Positions 49,738-59,510 of a DNA stretch of 64,000 nucleotides are shown in pieces. How positions within the stretch are numbered: the stretch's first letter is position 1; the number at the start of each line of letters is the position of its first letter. Location: contig JAAEQR010000142.1 of the NCBI GenBank assembly GCA_024231215.1, positions 292,593-356,592 on the forward strand. The letters are read 5' to 3'. Origin of the DNA: PVC group bacterium (GTDB lineage: Bacteria; Omnitrophota; Gorgyraeia; B26-G9). The notes beneath the pieces were generated by a model. That model was not told where the DNA came from. It searched no databases and saw only the letters and a list, made by a program, of their open reading frames with translations. The position numbers and the translations under genes were made by a program.

Positions 49738-51212
49738 TTTTTCAACTCTTCCCGTTTAATCTTTCCACTTGCGGTCTTAGGCAGCTCAGGTAATATTTCA
49801 ATTTTCTTCGGGAATTTATAAAAAGCAAGATTCTGTTTGCAAAACACAGCGACTTCTCTTTCGGTAATATTCTCATCCTGCACAACCACACAAAGTTTAA
49901 TTACTTCCCCTAAAATATCATCTGGAATACCAACTGCAGCACATTCCATAATTCCCGACATCTGGCAAAGAATATCCTCTATTTCAAAAGGACTTATCCG
50001 GTTAGCCCCGCTTTTTATCATATCCTTCTTGCGACTAATAATATAGATAAATCCATCTTCATCAATACGCGCCAGATCTCCTGTAAATAATCCCTCCGTG
50101 CGTAATACTCCCGCGGTTTGCTCCGGATCATTCCAATATCCCTGCATTATATTCTCACCCCGGGCAACAATCTCTCCTTGCTCACCTACTGAAACCTTCT
50201 TTCCCTGATCATTTAAAACATCCAACTCTACCCCGGGAATAGCTTTGCCTACAGATCCCATTTTGTTTAACAACCGGTCCGGCTCTAAATAACTTAAACG
50301 CGCTGAAGCTTCTGTTTGTCCATACATAACACAAAAATTTATATCTGGAATAATATCTAAAAATTCCTTTATCATTGCCGGAGGCATTCCTCCTCCAGCC
50401 TGTGTAACATAACGTAATTTAGAAAGATCGTACTTACGAATCGCTGATTTTTTAATAAGAATAGCAAAATGAGAAGGAACTCCGGCAAACCCAGTAACTT
50501 CCTGCTTAGCCATAGTATCCAGTATTACATTTGGATACACAAAACGATTATCAAGAACCAATGTGCCCCCGACTTTGATATGAGTCGTTAATAAAGAGTT
50601 TCCGTAAGAATAATAAAACGGTAAGACAATCATTATCTTATCATCTGAGGTCAATTTTAAGTATTCGATAATAGAATCCGCATTAGCTGATAAATTACCA
50701 TGCGAAAGCATAACCCCTTTTGGCTTGCCCGTTGTTCCAGAAGTATAAATGATCATCGCCAGGTCGCTGTCGCTTAGCTGATAGCTAATAGCTAATGGCT
50801 TATGGTGATAATTAAAAGCTTCTTTTTCAATAAGCAAAATTTCGATTTGCTGTTCAGATAATTTCACAGCTTCAGCCGCTGTTTTATAATGCTTATTATC
50901 GGTAACTATTACATTCGGAGTACAATCATCTAAAGGCAGGCAAAGTTCTCTAGCTACTAATTGACTATTTAAGGCAACGACAACACCACCGCTCTTAAGT
51001 ATCCCAAAATAGGTAACCAGATATTCTATCCCGTTATCTAAAAAAATAGCAACCCGATCCCCTCTTTCCACTCCTTTAGCCAGAAGGCTCAAGGCAAATG
51101 TATCAGACCAGGCATCAAGCTGGGAAAAAGTATACTCTGATTTCTGATGAATTACCGCTGGTTTATCAGGAAACCTTTTTGCACTATTGCGTAAAAAATC
51201 GTGTATTAACAT
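49725..51212 (-). CDS. AMP-dependent acyl-CoA / acyl-ACP ligase (class I adenylate-forming; exosortase-system-associated type)
   Basis: YTSGTTGKPKGV AMP-binding motif, GEI/GE.L motifs. 495 aa. Confidence 0.85.
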   Translation of the reverse strand: MLIHDFLRNSAKRFPDKPAVIHQKSEYTFSQLDAWSDTFALSLLAKGVERGDRVAIFLDNGIEYLVTYFGILKSGGVVVALNSQLVARELCLPLDDCTPNVIVTDNKHYKTAAEAVKLSEQQIEILLIEKEAFNYHHKPLAISYQLSDSDLAMIIYTSGTTGKPKGVMLSHGNLSANADSIIEYLKLTSDDKIMIVLPFYYSYGNSLLTTHIKVGGTLVLDNRFVYPNVILDTMAKQEVTGFAGVPSHFAILIKKSAIRKYDLSKLRYVTQAGGGMPPAMIKEFLDIIPDINFCVMYGQTEASARLSYLEPDRLLNKMGSVGKAIPGVELDVLNDQGKKVSVGEQGEIVARGENIMQGYWNDPEQTAGVLRTEGLFTGDLARIDEDGFIYIISRKKDMIKSGANRISPFEIEDILCQMSGIMECAAVGIPDDILGEVIKLCVVVQDENITEREVAVFCKQNLAFYKFPKKIEILPELPKTASGKIKREELKKANG

Positions 51213-51226
51213 ATGAGAATACCAAG

Positions 51227-51478
51227 TTACGCGTTAGACAATTTAGTTTTTATAAACGCCTCTAAGTTATTAAGCGAATCGAGATTATCCGGGGTCAACT
51301 CCTCATCCTCGACCTTGATGCTAAATGTTTCCTGAACATAATCCACCAGTTCTAAAATTCCGGTAGAATCAATAACTCCCTGCTCAAGAAACGAATGATC
51401 ATCGTTCAGGGCCTGAGTTTCGGCACCCATCAAAAAATTAGTGATAATAAACTGTTTAACTTTATCTTTTATATCCAT
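51227..51478 (-). CDS. acyl carrier protein-like
   Basis: 83-aa acidic protein with a GVIDSTGILELV phosphopantetheine-attachment-like motif. Sits adjacent to the acyl ligase. Confidence 0.55.
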   Translation of the reverse strand: MDIKDKVKQFIITNFLMGAETQALNDDHSFLEQGVIDSTGILELVDYVQETFSIKVEDEELTPDNLDSLNNLEAFIKTKLSNA

Positions 51479-51496
51479 TTCTCTGCCCTTTCGTAC

Positions 51497-51991
51497 CTAT
51501 TCTATCTTAAACTGTGAATCAACATCATTCTCATGACGAATCTCATCAACCTCTTCTTTTTTTCCCTCTCCGGCAAAAAGCTGGTTGGGATAATTGATGA
51601 CTAGACCTTCATTTTTCCCGATATTTACATATGCGTGCACAACTCCCGGAGGAACTATAACGTTAATCGGTTTATTCTTTTCACAAACAAGAACCAGTTT
51701 CATACCATATCCGGGGGTATCTTTACGGTTATCCCAAAGATACACTTTAAACTCCGATGTTCCCAAGAAACAAAAGTAATCTGTTTGCTTAAGATGTTCA
51801 TGCGGCCCTCTAACTATTCCGGGGTGTGTCATTGACACATAAGACATGACCGGATATATTTCTTCATCTATCGAGTCCCGGCGAAAAGCTTCAGTCAACC
51901 AACCCCGTTCATCTGAAAACCGCTTTAGCTCTGTAACAATAACTCCATCAATATCTTTCACTTCATTTCCAATCTTCATTTCGACCTCCAT
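51497..51991 (-). CDS. cupin-fold sugar-nucleotide 3,5-epimerase-like protein (RmlC/WxcM-like)
   Basis: F.DERGWLTE motif and a conserved His/Lys pattern of RmlC-like cupins. Confidence 0.55.
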   Translation of the reverse strand: MEVEMKIGNEVKDIDGVIVTELKRFSDERGWLTEAFRRDSIDEEIYPVMSYVSMTHPGIVRGPHEHLKQTDYFCFLGTSEFKVYLWDNRKDTPGYGMKLVLVCEKNKPINVIVPPGVVHAYVNIGKNEGLVINYPNQLFAGEGKKEEVDEIRHENDVDSQFKIE

Positions 51992-52001
51992 ATCTGGATC
52001 C

Positions 52002-53006
52002 TCAATAATACAATTTCAGCAAATCATTGCGCAACCGATCAACCTGAAAATAATCATGCCGCTGTCCGGAAGAAACGCCCACGCCAGGAACCATTGATAA
52101 CATCATGACTCCCAGCAACCCCGGAGAAACACTATATTTGTTCAGACAATCCATTGCTCTTTTTCGAGCTTCAAATTTTTCTTTATTTTTCAGTAAATAC
52201 TTAGCCCAAAACACATAATTTATCTGTATCTGATCTCTAACATCGTTCTCATATTTTTTCTGCTTCGGGTCCAAAGAAGCCAATAAATGTTCGTATGATA
52301 CTATCCGATCGTGCATATTCTGGTTAAGATGATAATACACTTTATATAGATCAAAAAACCGGCTAACTAAAACTTTATTTATACAGCCAAGCTTAGACTG
52401 TTTTGCCATCTTAAATAAAAGATCCGCAAACTCAAATCCAGGTACATTCTCTACAAACGGGCCATAAAAAGAAAAATCTTTATTCCTGATCAGTAATGTT
52501 GAAAAAAACTTAAAACTACTGGCAATAAGATAATGCATTCTGTCTTTGATAACAAATAAACTACCGGGTGTTTCTTTCTGAAAAAACCGCCTCATTTTAA
52601 AGAAAGAAGTATTTACTATGCCATTTTTATCTATAATATCAAAATCACAACATACTCCAAAGTTATCCTCATTTTTTTCCAAAAACGCTACTTTTGCTTC
52701 TAAGGCATCCGGCGCCCAGATATCCCCAGCAGCAAGTACCGAAAAATACTTCCCCTCTGCCAACTTAAGAGTATTATTCAATACCTTACCTTTGGAAACA
52801 CCTTTCTGCTGAATAACAAGTTTTAGATTATTACGATAAGGAGTTATCGCCTTCTGCCACTTTTCCGTCATATTAGGAATGATAAGAAAAATTTCAGTAT
52901 TTTTATATATCTGAAACAATATACTCCGCAAGGTACACAAAAACTTTTCATCCTCCCCGCGAGCTATAATTACAATACTAACTTTTTGATTCTGATAAAG
53001 TTTCAT
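52002..53006 (-). CDS. glycosyltransferase family 2-like
   Basis: N-terminal VSIVII...NTEIFLI GT-A region, D.D-like and DxD-like motifs. Confidence 0.55.
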   Translation of the reverse strand: MKLYQNQKVSIVIIARGEDEKFLCTLRSILFQIYKNTEIFLIIPNMTEKWQKAITPYRNNLKLVIQQKGVSKGKVLNNTLKLAEGKYFSVLAAGDIWAPDALEAKVAFLEKNEDNFGVCCDFDIIDKNGIVNTSFFKMRRFFQKETPGSLFVIKDRMHYLIASSFKFFSTLLIRNKDFSFYGPFVENVPGFEFADLLFKMAKQSKLGCINKVLVSRFFDLYKVYYHLNQNMHDRIVSYEHLLASLDPKQKKYENDVRDQIQINYVFWAKYLLKNKEKFEARKRAMDCLNKYSVSPGLLGVMMLSMVPGVGVSSGQRHDYFQVDRLRNDLLKLYY

Positions 53007-53956
53007 GAATTCCTCTTAAACCAATCAAATGTGATTTTCAAGCCTTCGGAAAAACTCACATCCGGAGTATAATTCAACAAAGAATTTGCCTTTGCAATAT
53101 CCGAATGGCTTTTAAAAATATCTCCGACACGTATTGGCAAAAGCTCCGGTTTGACAGATTTTCCAGCGATCTGATTTACAATATCAACAATACTTAAAAC
53201 CGTATTACTTTCTCCACAAGCAATATTAAATACTTCTTTAGATACCCCTGGAACTGTCGCTGCCAGGATGTTAGCTTTTACAATATTTTTCACAAAAGTA
53301 AAATCGCGTGATTGTTCCCCGTTGCCGAATATCGGCGGCTGTTCATCATTTAAAATACAGGTGATAAACTTAGGGATAACCACTGCATATTCGTCATCTA
53401 ATGCCTGCCTCGGGCCAAATACATTAAAATAACGCAAGCAAACTGTTTCTACTCCGAAATTCTCACTGAAAATACGACAATAATATTCACCCGCTAATTT
53501 CGTTAACGCATACGGAGAGATTAATAAAGGATAATGTGTTTCAGTTTGAGGAAACTGATCAGTATCACCATACACAGAGCTAGATGAAGCAAACACAAGT
53601 CTTTTTACACCACACTCCTGAGCCGCTTTTAACATATTAAGCGTACCGTTAATATTAACTTCATTATATTCATATGGGTCGGTCATAGATTTCGGAACAC
53701 TTCGTAAAGCTGCCTGATGCAAAACATAGTCAACCCCAGTACAAGCCTTAACACAAGCTTCATAATCACAGATATCGCCGCGAATCAGCTGATAGCTTAT
53801 AGCTGATGGCTCATAGTCAGAAATAAAAGATAAGTTTGATTCTTTTCCACTAAAGAAATTATCTAGAATAACTACTGATTCGCCTTGTTTTAACAAGTCT
53901 TCTACTATATGAGAACCAATAAACCCGGCTCCTCCGGTTACAAGATACTTTGCCAT
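53003..53956 (-). CDS. NAD-dependent nucleotide-sugar epimerase/dehydratase (UDP-sugar 4-epimerase-like, short-chain dehydrogenase family)
   Basis: TGGAGFIGSH Rossmann motif and the catalytic YALTK (YxxxK). Confidence 0.85.
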   Translation of the reverse strand: MAKYLVTGGAGFIGSHIVEDLLKQGESVVILDNFFSGKESNLSFISDYEPSAISYQLIRGDICDYEACVKACTGVDYVLHQAALRSVPKSMTDPYEYNEVNINGTLNMLKAAQECGVKRLVFASSSSVYGDTDQFPQTETHYPLLISPYALTKLAGEYYCRIFSENFGVETVCLRYFNVFGPRQALDDEYAVVIPKFITCILNDEQPPIFGNGEQSRDFTFVKNIVKANILAATVPGVSKEVFNIACGESNTVLSIVDIVNQIAGKSVKPELLPIRVGDIFKSHSDIAKANSLLNYTPDVSFSEGLKITFDWFKRNS

Positions 53957-53984
53957 TTTATTATACCTCCGTAGAAATTAAATC

Positions 53985-55289
53985 TTATAAACAAACTATT
54001 TTTTTTCTATTTTTACCCTTGATGTTTTTTGTCGCATTACGCGTATCTATAATAAGCTTTGCATTCTCAACCACAAACTTATAATCATAACTAGAATGAT
54101 TTGTTATGATCAAAATACAATCATACCCGGATAAATTTTTCTTGGTCAGTTTTGTACTATTCACCTTCCGACCTCTATATCTAATACTTTCTATAAACGG
54201 ATCATTATATGATAATTTTGCACCTTTTTTTGATAACATATCAAATATTTCCAAAGCCGGAGATTCTCGCGCATCAGCAACATCTTTTTTATAAGCAACA
54301 CCCATCATAAGGATTTTAGAATCCGCCACACTTTTTTTCTTCTCATTTAAAGCTCCTGCCAGTATATGCAAAATATGTTCAGGCATTTGGGAATTAACCT
54401 GTGATGCAAGCTCAATAAATCGCGCCTCGAAACCGTACAAACGCGCCTTCCAGGATAGATAAAGAGGATCAATCGGAATACAATGTCCACCTAGTCCAGG
54501 TCCCGGATAAAAAGGCATAAATCCAAACGGTTTAGTCGATGCCGCATCTATAACTTCCCAAACATTTATATCCATTTTGCTGCACATTAAAGCCATCTCG
54601 TTTACCAATCCGATATTCACACTCCTAAATGTGTTCTCCAGAAGTTTCACCGTCTCTGCAACACGCGGGGAAGAAACAGGAACTACGGTATCCATAGTAT
54701 TTGAATATAAGGCAACTGCGGCTTTCGTACAGTTACTAGTAACCCCACCCATAACTTTAGGAATATTCTTTGTTCTATAACTGCTGTTTGAAGGGTCTAC
54801 GCGTTCCGGAGAAAAAACAAGATAAAAATCCTTACCTACTTTCAAACCGGTACTTTCCAATATAGGCAGCATCATTTCCTCTGTTGTCCCCGGATAAGTA
54901 GTACTCTCGAGAATAACCAACTGCCCTTTTCTTAAGTAATTACTTATATGTCCGCAAGCATCTACAATATAGGAAATATCCGGATCTCTGGTTTTGCGTA
55001 ATGGAGTAGGTACGCAAATATTAATCGTATCAACTTTTTTTAAAATTTCATAACCACTGGTAGCACGCAACCTTCCTGAAGCCACCATTTCTTTAACATC
55101 ACTTTCCTTCACATCTTCGATATAAGATTTCTTTTTATTTATTGCTTTGACTTTTTTCTCATCTAAGTCTATGCCGATCACTTCATACCCTGCTTTGGCA
55201 AATTCAACCGCCAGGGGCAATCCTACATACCCCAGCCCAATGACCGCGCATTTTATTTTTTTATTTTTAATCCTTTCAATGATTTTCAT
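53985..55289 (-). CDS. nucleotide-sugar dehydrogenase (UDP-glucose/GDP-mannose dehydrogenase family; UDP-N-acetyl-D-hexosamine dehydrogenase-like)
   Basis: N-terminal NAD fold AVIGLGYVGLP, catalytic Cys region (GGHCIP). Likely start is the ATG at 55287-55289, which has a GAGAGGA RBS. Confidence 0.85.
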   Translation of the reverse strand: MKIIERIKNKKIKCAVIGLGYVGLPLAVEFAKAGYEVIGIDLDEKKVKAINKKKSYIEDVKESDVKEMVASGRLRATSGYEILKKVDTINICVPTPLRKTRDPDISYIVDACGHISNYLRKGQLVILESTTYPGTTEEMMLPILESTGLKVGKDFYLVFSPERVDPSNSSYRTKNIPKVMGGVTSNCTKAAVALYSNTMDTVVPVSSPRVAETVKLLENTFRSVNIGLVNEMALMCSKMDINVWEVIDAASTKPFGFMPFYPGPGLGGHCIPIDPLYLSWKARLYGFEARFIELASQVNSQMPEHILHILAGALNEKKKSVADSKILMMGVAYKKDVADARESPALEIFDMLSKKGAKLSYNDPFIESIRYRGRKVNSTKLTKKNLSGYDCILIITNHSSYDYKFVVENAKLIIDTRNATKNIKGKNRKKIVCL

Positions 55290-55383
55290 CTTGATCCTCT
55301 CTTTTTCCCACATCTATATTTTTTTATAGCTGCACTTCCCCAAGAAATATTCGTTATTACTTTGATAGTAGGCCTCTTCTGGC

Positions 55384-56160
55384 TCAGACATATCTATAAA
55401 GATACTCCGGAATATGATATTCGACATTAGTCAGAATATAGCCTAAAAGGTTAGAATGCGACTGAAGCAAAAGTTCCGTTGCATGTTTCACAATACCTCG
55501 CTGTGTCCCCCCGGCACGCACAGCCATAATTACGCCATCAGCTACCGAACAAACAATCCCGGCATCTGCGACCGGAACCAGTGGCGGGCTATCTAGAATA
55601 ATAAAATCAAATTTCTCTTTTAGCTTCTTCATCAAATCTTTCATTTTTGCCGATGCAAGTAATTCTACCGGATTATCGGCAATCTTTCCTCTGGGAATAA
55701 TTGTAAGTTTATCTATTTTTGTTTTATACAATATATTGTCAACATCCGCGCCAAGCATCAGATATTCCGAAAGACCGGCCTTTGAATGAAGATCTAAACG
55801 AGGTGCAACTTGACCACGCCGCAAGTCACAATCAACTAACAATACCTTACGACAATCAACATCTTTAGTCATAGCAATAGCAAGGTTAAGAGCAGTTATA
55901 GTCTTGCCCTCTTCGGCCACAGAACTCGTAACCGCTACTGTCTTCAAATCACCGCTCTTATTAAGATTTTTTATGCTTTCCCGCAACCTAAGATACTGTT
56001 CGGAAATTGGTGATTTCGGATAAAAATGAGTAACAATATGCGGATCAATGTTTGAGTCATGTACACTTTTCAACACAAATTCTTTGGGTAACGATGGGAT
56101 CGTCAGTGAACTCAACTTTGAGTCATGCACCCCTTTTAATACGTTTAAGAAATTCTTCAT
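55384..56160 (-). CDS. polysaccharide co-polymerase tyrosine autokinase ATPase (Wzc C-terminal domain / CpsD-EpsG type)
   Basis: Walker A SSVAEEGKT, A' VLLVDCDLRRG, Walker B ILDSPP. Confidence 0.8.
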   Translation of the reverse strand: MKNFLNVLKGVHDSKLSSLTIPSLPKEFVLKSVHDSNIDPHIVTHFYPKSPISEQYLRLRESIKNLNKSGDLKTVAVTSSVAEEGKTITALNLAIAMTKDVDCRKVLLVDCDLRRGQVAPRLDLHSKAGLSEYLMLGADVDNILYKTKIDKLTIIPRGKIADNPVELLASAKMKDLMKKLKEKFDFIILDSPPLVPVADAGIVCSVADGVIMAVRAGGTQRGIVKHATELLLQSHSNLLGYILTNVEYHIPEYLYRYV

Positions 56161-56180
56161 TTTTCTCTCCTTTTAGATAT

Positions 56181-57479
56181 TTAACGAATAAATGAAAACG
56201 CTAACACAATGCCCACCATTAGAAAAAAGACTATTGCCATTAACGAATATGTAAATGTAGCCGTCTGTTTTTTCTTTTGCAATTCTTCGTCAGTAATAAT
56301 TAATGATATAGCCCCTAATACAGGATACTTTAAGTCTGCTTTAGCATCATTAATATCTTTAAAAGATTTATCTACCATTTCAATTAAATATATACATACA
56401 TAACCAACCGCAGCACCTAATACAATACCCATTATTAAAAATTTTATTTTATTCGGCTTTGTCGGTTTCAGAGGAAGTCTGGGAGGGTCAATAACCGTAA
56501 ACCTGGTCCCTTCTTTAAAACTTTCCAGCTGCTGGGTAATTCTTGCTGTCTCAAGACGCTGCAGCAACGCCGCATAAATATCCTGATTAACTTCCACATC
56601 TAAAGGTAATCCTTCCAATCTTTCCTCTGCTCTGGGCATATCCGATTCATTCTGAATATCTTTAAGCAATTCCGGACTCAAAACATTGTCTCCGCCAACT
56701 TCCCCGTCTTTAAGTTCTTTTAATAACAGATATGAAAGCAATTGCTTGTCTTTAGTAGAAGGCGACCTTTTAGGGATAACTGATTCTGAATCAGTACCTT
56801 TATCTAAGCTCTCTTTTAATTTGGAAATCTGGGTTTTAAGATTCTTAACTAAGGGGTGATCTTCTGTAGAATCTACCAGAAGATGGTCTAATTGCTCCTG
56901 CAAAGTCTTGATATCATTTTCTCTTATTTTACGACGATAGAGTTTAAGCTGATCTTCAAGAAAACGCACTGCAATTTCTGTTTCCTGAGTTTTCGCCTTG
57001 ATATTCTGCTGAATAAAAATATCCATTAGCGTACTAACAATATGCTTTACCTGTGCCGGCTCTCTCCCTGCATAACTAATCGCTACTAATTGAGGACTTT
57101 CCAGCTGTACTATGATACTTTCACGCAAATCTTGAATCAAGTTTTCATAGTCAAGCGCTGATTTAACTTCACTATCAAGCTTTAACCGTTTCACAAGTTC
57201 CGTAAGACTGTTCCAACTTAAAATCTGCTCCCGCAATATACGCAGACGGTCCGCAACTGACGTAGAGACAGCCAATCCACTGATAAGCGGATTTATTACT
57301 TCTTCTTCCTGAACCAGGATAAGGGCCTTTGATTCGTAAGTTTTAGGCATGGCAAAACTTAATACTACCATTATAAATACTACGATCAAAAATGGGTAGA
57401 AAAACACCTGTTTTCTTCTTGATAATATTTTTAAATATTCCATCATGTTGGTCTGCATATTAAACTCCTTAATTTTCAC
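56181..57479 (-). CDS. polysaccharide chain-length determinant (Wzz/GumC/EpsF-type PCP) protein
   Basis: N- and C-terminal TM helices flanking a long coiled-coil periplasmic domain. Confidence 0.7.
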   Translation of the reverse strand: MKIKEFNMQTNMMEYLKILSRRKQVFFYPFLIVVFIMVVLSFAMPKTYESKALILVQEEEVINPLISGLAVSTSVADRLRILREQILSWNSLTELVKRLKLDSEVKSALDYENLIQDLRESIIVQLESPQLVAISYAGREPAQVKHIVSTLMDIFIQQNIKAKTQETEIAVRFLEDQLKLYRRKIRENDIKTLQEQLDHLLVDSTEDHPLVKNLKTQISKLKESLDKGTDSESVIPKRSPSTKDKQLLSYLLLKELKDGEVGGDNVLSPELLKDIQNESDMPRAEERLEGLPLDVEVNQDIYAALLQRLETARITQQLESFKEGTRFTVIDPPRLPLKPTKPNKIKFLIMGIVLGAAVGYVCIYLIEMVDKSFKDINDAKADLKYPVLGAISLIITDEELQKKKQTATFTYSLMAIVFFLMVGIVLAFSFIR

Positions 57480-57487
57480 CCAGAAGA

Positions 57488-58300
57488 TTATCTTCTGGGC
57501 TCATTATCCCTGTATAACACGTCTTCCTCCCATATATTATAAGCTCCGGAACTTCTAGTAAACGGAGAAACTATCTGCTCTAAAATTGTACTAACTTTAT
57601 ATAATGCTGTGGATGGTACATATACAATATCTTCTGACCTCAAATCATAATTTAATTTCAAATTACCGTCATATAAAAGACTAAGAAGATTTACTTTTTT
57701 CACTATCGGTTTTTCACCTTCTACAGGACGAATGATTATTGCTCTTCTTAAAGAAGCTATATGTTCCCTTGGCAAACCTGCAGCTAAAATTGCTTCTCTG
57801 ACCGGCATGAATTCAGATCTCATCTTATATTTACCGGGATATCCCACTAAGCCTACTACATATACAACTTTGCTGTTATATTCAACTATCGTTATATCTA
57901 CTTCCGGGGTAGCTACAAATTTTGCCAAAATACCGGTTATTTTCTTTGTAGCTTGATTTTTATTCAAACCTGCCAGGTCGACATCTCCCACAAACGGATA
58001 CTGGATTTTTCCATTCGGCCCCACCGGGAAACGACCGGAAAATTCCGTATGCCGACGTACTGTAATATTAATAACATCATCTTTACCTAAAGTATATTCC
58101 CCATGTTTCTCTTTTTTTATAAGATCCGGATTCAATTTCTTTTTCTGCACGCGCTTTTGCTTTGCTTCGGCGGAAAAATTAGTTTTTGCACTAGATGATT
58201 TTGCTCCTTGCGCTAATACAACAGAATTCCCGACGAGCAAAAAAGAACCTATAACCACATAACATATAAAACAATATAACTTAAAATACTTAGACTTCAT
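57488..58300 (-). CDS. polysaccharide export protein (Wza/EpsE-like; Poly_export + SLBB)
   Basis: Signal peptide, then the Poly_export motif EYTLGKDDVINITV and an SLBB-like C-terminus. Confidence 0.8.
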   Translation of the reverse strand: MKSKYFKLYCFICYVVIGSFLLVGNSVVLAQGAKSSSAKTNFSAEAKQKRVQKKKLNPDLIKKEKHGEYTLGKDDVINITVRRHTEFSGRFPVGPNGKIQYPFVGDVDLAGLNKNQATKKITGILAKFVATPEVDITIVEYNSKVVYVVGLVGYPGKYKMRSEFMPVREAILAAGLPREHIASLRRAIIIRPVEGEKPIVKKVNLLSLLYDGNLKLNYDLRSEDIVYVPSTALYKVSTILEQIVSPFTRSSGAYNIWEEDVLYRDNEPRR

Positions 58301-58301
58301 T

Positions 58302-58511
58302 TTACTTCCCCCTTATGTCTGTTTCATAAAAAACAGCTTCTTTAAAGTTTTTCAAATCTTCCAGATCTTCAATTGTGTAAAACCGCCAACCCCGCCAATC
58401 ACGCTTCGCCTTCTTGACTTTGCCTGATTTCTCCCAACGCATGATCGTTTTCGACGTAACTCCAATCTGGTTAGCTGCTTCAGTAATACTCATCCTACCA
58501 TTCATCATCAC
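58302..58511 (-). CDS. small helix-turn-helix DNA-binding protein (MerR/excisionase-type HTH)
   Basis: MSITEAANQIGVTSKTIMRWEKSGKV HTH region. 69 aa. Confidence 0.6.
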   Translation of the reverse strand: MMMNGRMSITEAANQIGVTSKTIMRWEKSGKVKKAKRDWRGWRFYTIEDLEDLKNFKEAVFYETDIRGK

Positions 58512-58772
58512 TTACTCCTTTTTGATATTGCTTAACATATTATAATAACATTTTTTCAGGAACATGTCTAACTCTGTATACCTATATCTAACATTAGACA
58601 AATAGGTATATTACTCTGATTATTATTTATGCCAAAATTTTATATTTTGTTAAACTACTCCCAAAACAGGCATAAATACTTGTATTTAAATGTGTTACAT
58701 GTTCTATTTTCATCATTTTTTCCATCTAAATACTTTGTTTTTAATAAATTACCAAAATAAATTTTAAAATAT

Positions 58773-58821
58773 GGACAGTCTTGGACAGACTCAACTTGTC
58801 CTACATAGAAATAGTCTGTCC
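58773..58821. promoter_or_regulatory. cluster of GGACAG(A/T)C / GTCTGTCC direct and inverted repeats upstream of the HTH gene and the export operon
   Basis: ggacagtc, ggacagac, cttgtcc, gtctgtcc within 49 bp. Confidence 0.4.
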
Positions 58822-58922
58822 TTGAAATCTGTAAGTAATAAAGTATACCTAAAAAAATGAAAATTGCAAGGGGGGTGAGCTATTTTTTTTTAATTATATG
58901 AATTGAAAGAACTTAATGTCTT

Positions 58923-59489
58923 TTATAAGCCATTAATATCTGCCTGATGCTCCCGAAGTATTTGCTTCAATTCTATTTTAAACCATGGAGTATATGTAGA
59001 CGAATTTTCCCGGACATCCCTACTAAGCTTTTCAATATTTACATACTTCCACTCTGCTATCTCACTAGGATTCGCTTTAACAGATTGCTCAGTTTTTCCC
59101 AGATAAACAGAACATAACTCATTCTCAGATCCCATATCTTTGAATTGCGCTTGGTATTTAAATTTAAACAAAAACTTTAATAAAGTAGCTTTTAGTCCAA
59201 GTTCTTCCTGCAATCGTCTCTGCACAGCTTCCTCGCAGCTTTCTCCCTCACGGGGATGACTGCACACGCTATTTGACCAAAAAAGCGGCCATAATAGTTT
59301 CTCTGCACTTCTTTTTTGCAACAACAACTGTTTTTTTTCGTCAAAAATAAATATAGAAAAGGCTCGATGTAAAATCCCGTTACCCTTATGGCTCTTTTCC
59401 TTAGTCTCATATCCGATAATATTATCTTTATCATCAACAAGTATTAATTTTTCATCTAGAAATGAAACTTTATTACCATCAACTTCCAT
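58923..59489 (-). CDS. idi: isopentenyl-diphosphate delta-isomerase, type 1 (Nudix)
   Basis: HRAFSIFIF...LLQKRS..K..WP..WSNSVCSHP..GE and the Nudix-like E..RR..EELG. Confidence 0.85.
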   Translation of the reverse strand: MEVDGNKVSFLDEKLILVDDKDNIIGYETKEKSHKGNGILHRAFSIFIFDEKKQLLLQKRSAEKLLWPLFWSNSVCSHPREGESCEEAVQRRLQEELGLKATLLKFLFKFKYQAQFKDMGSENELCSVYLGKTEQSVKANPSEIAEWKYVNIEKLSRDVRENSSTYTPWFKIELKQILREHQADINGL

Positions 59490-59510
59490 TTATCTTACCC
59501 TTCTTCTCTA

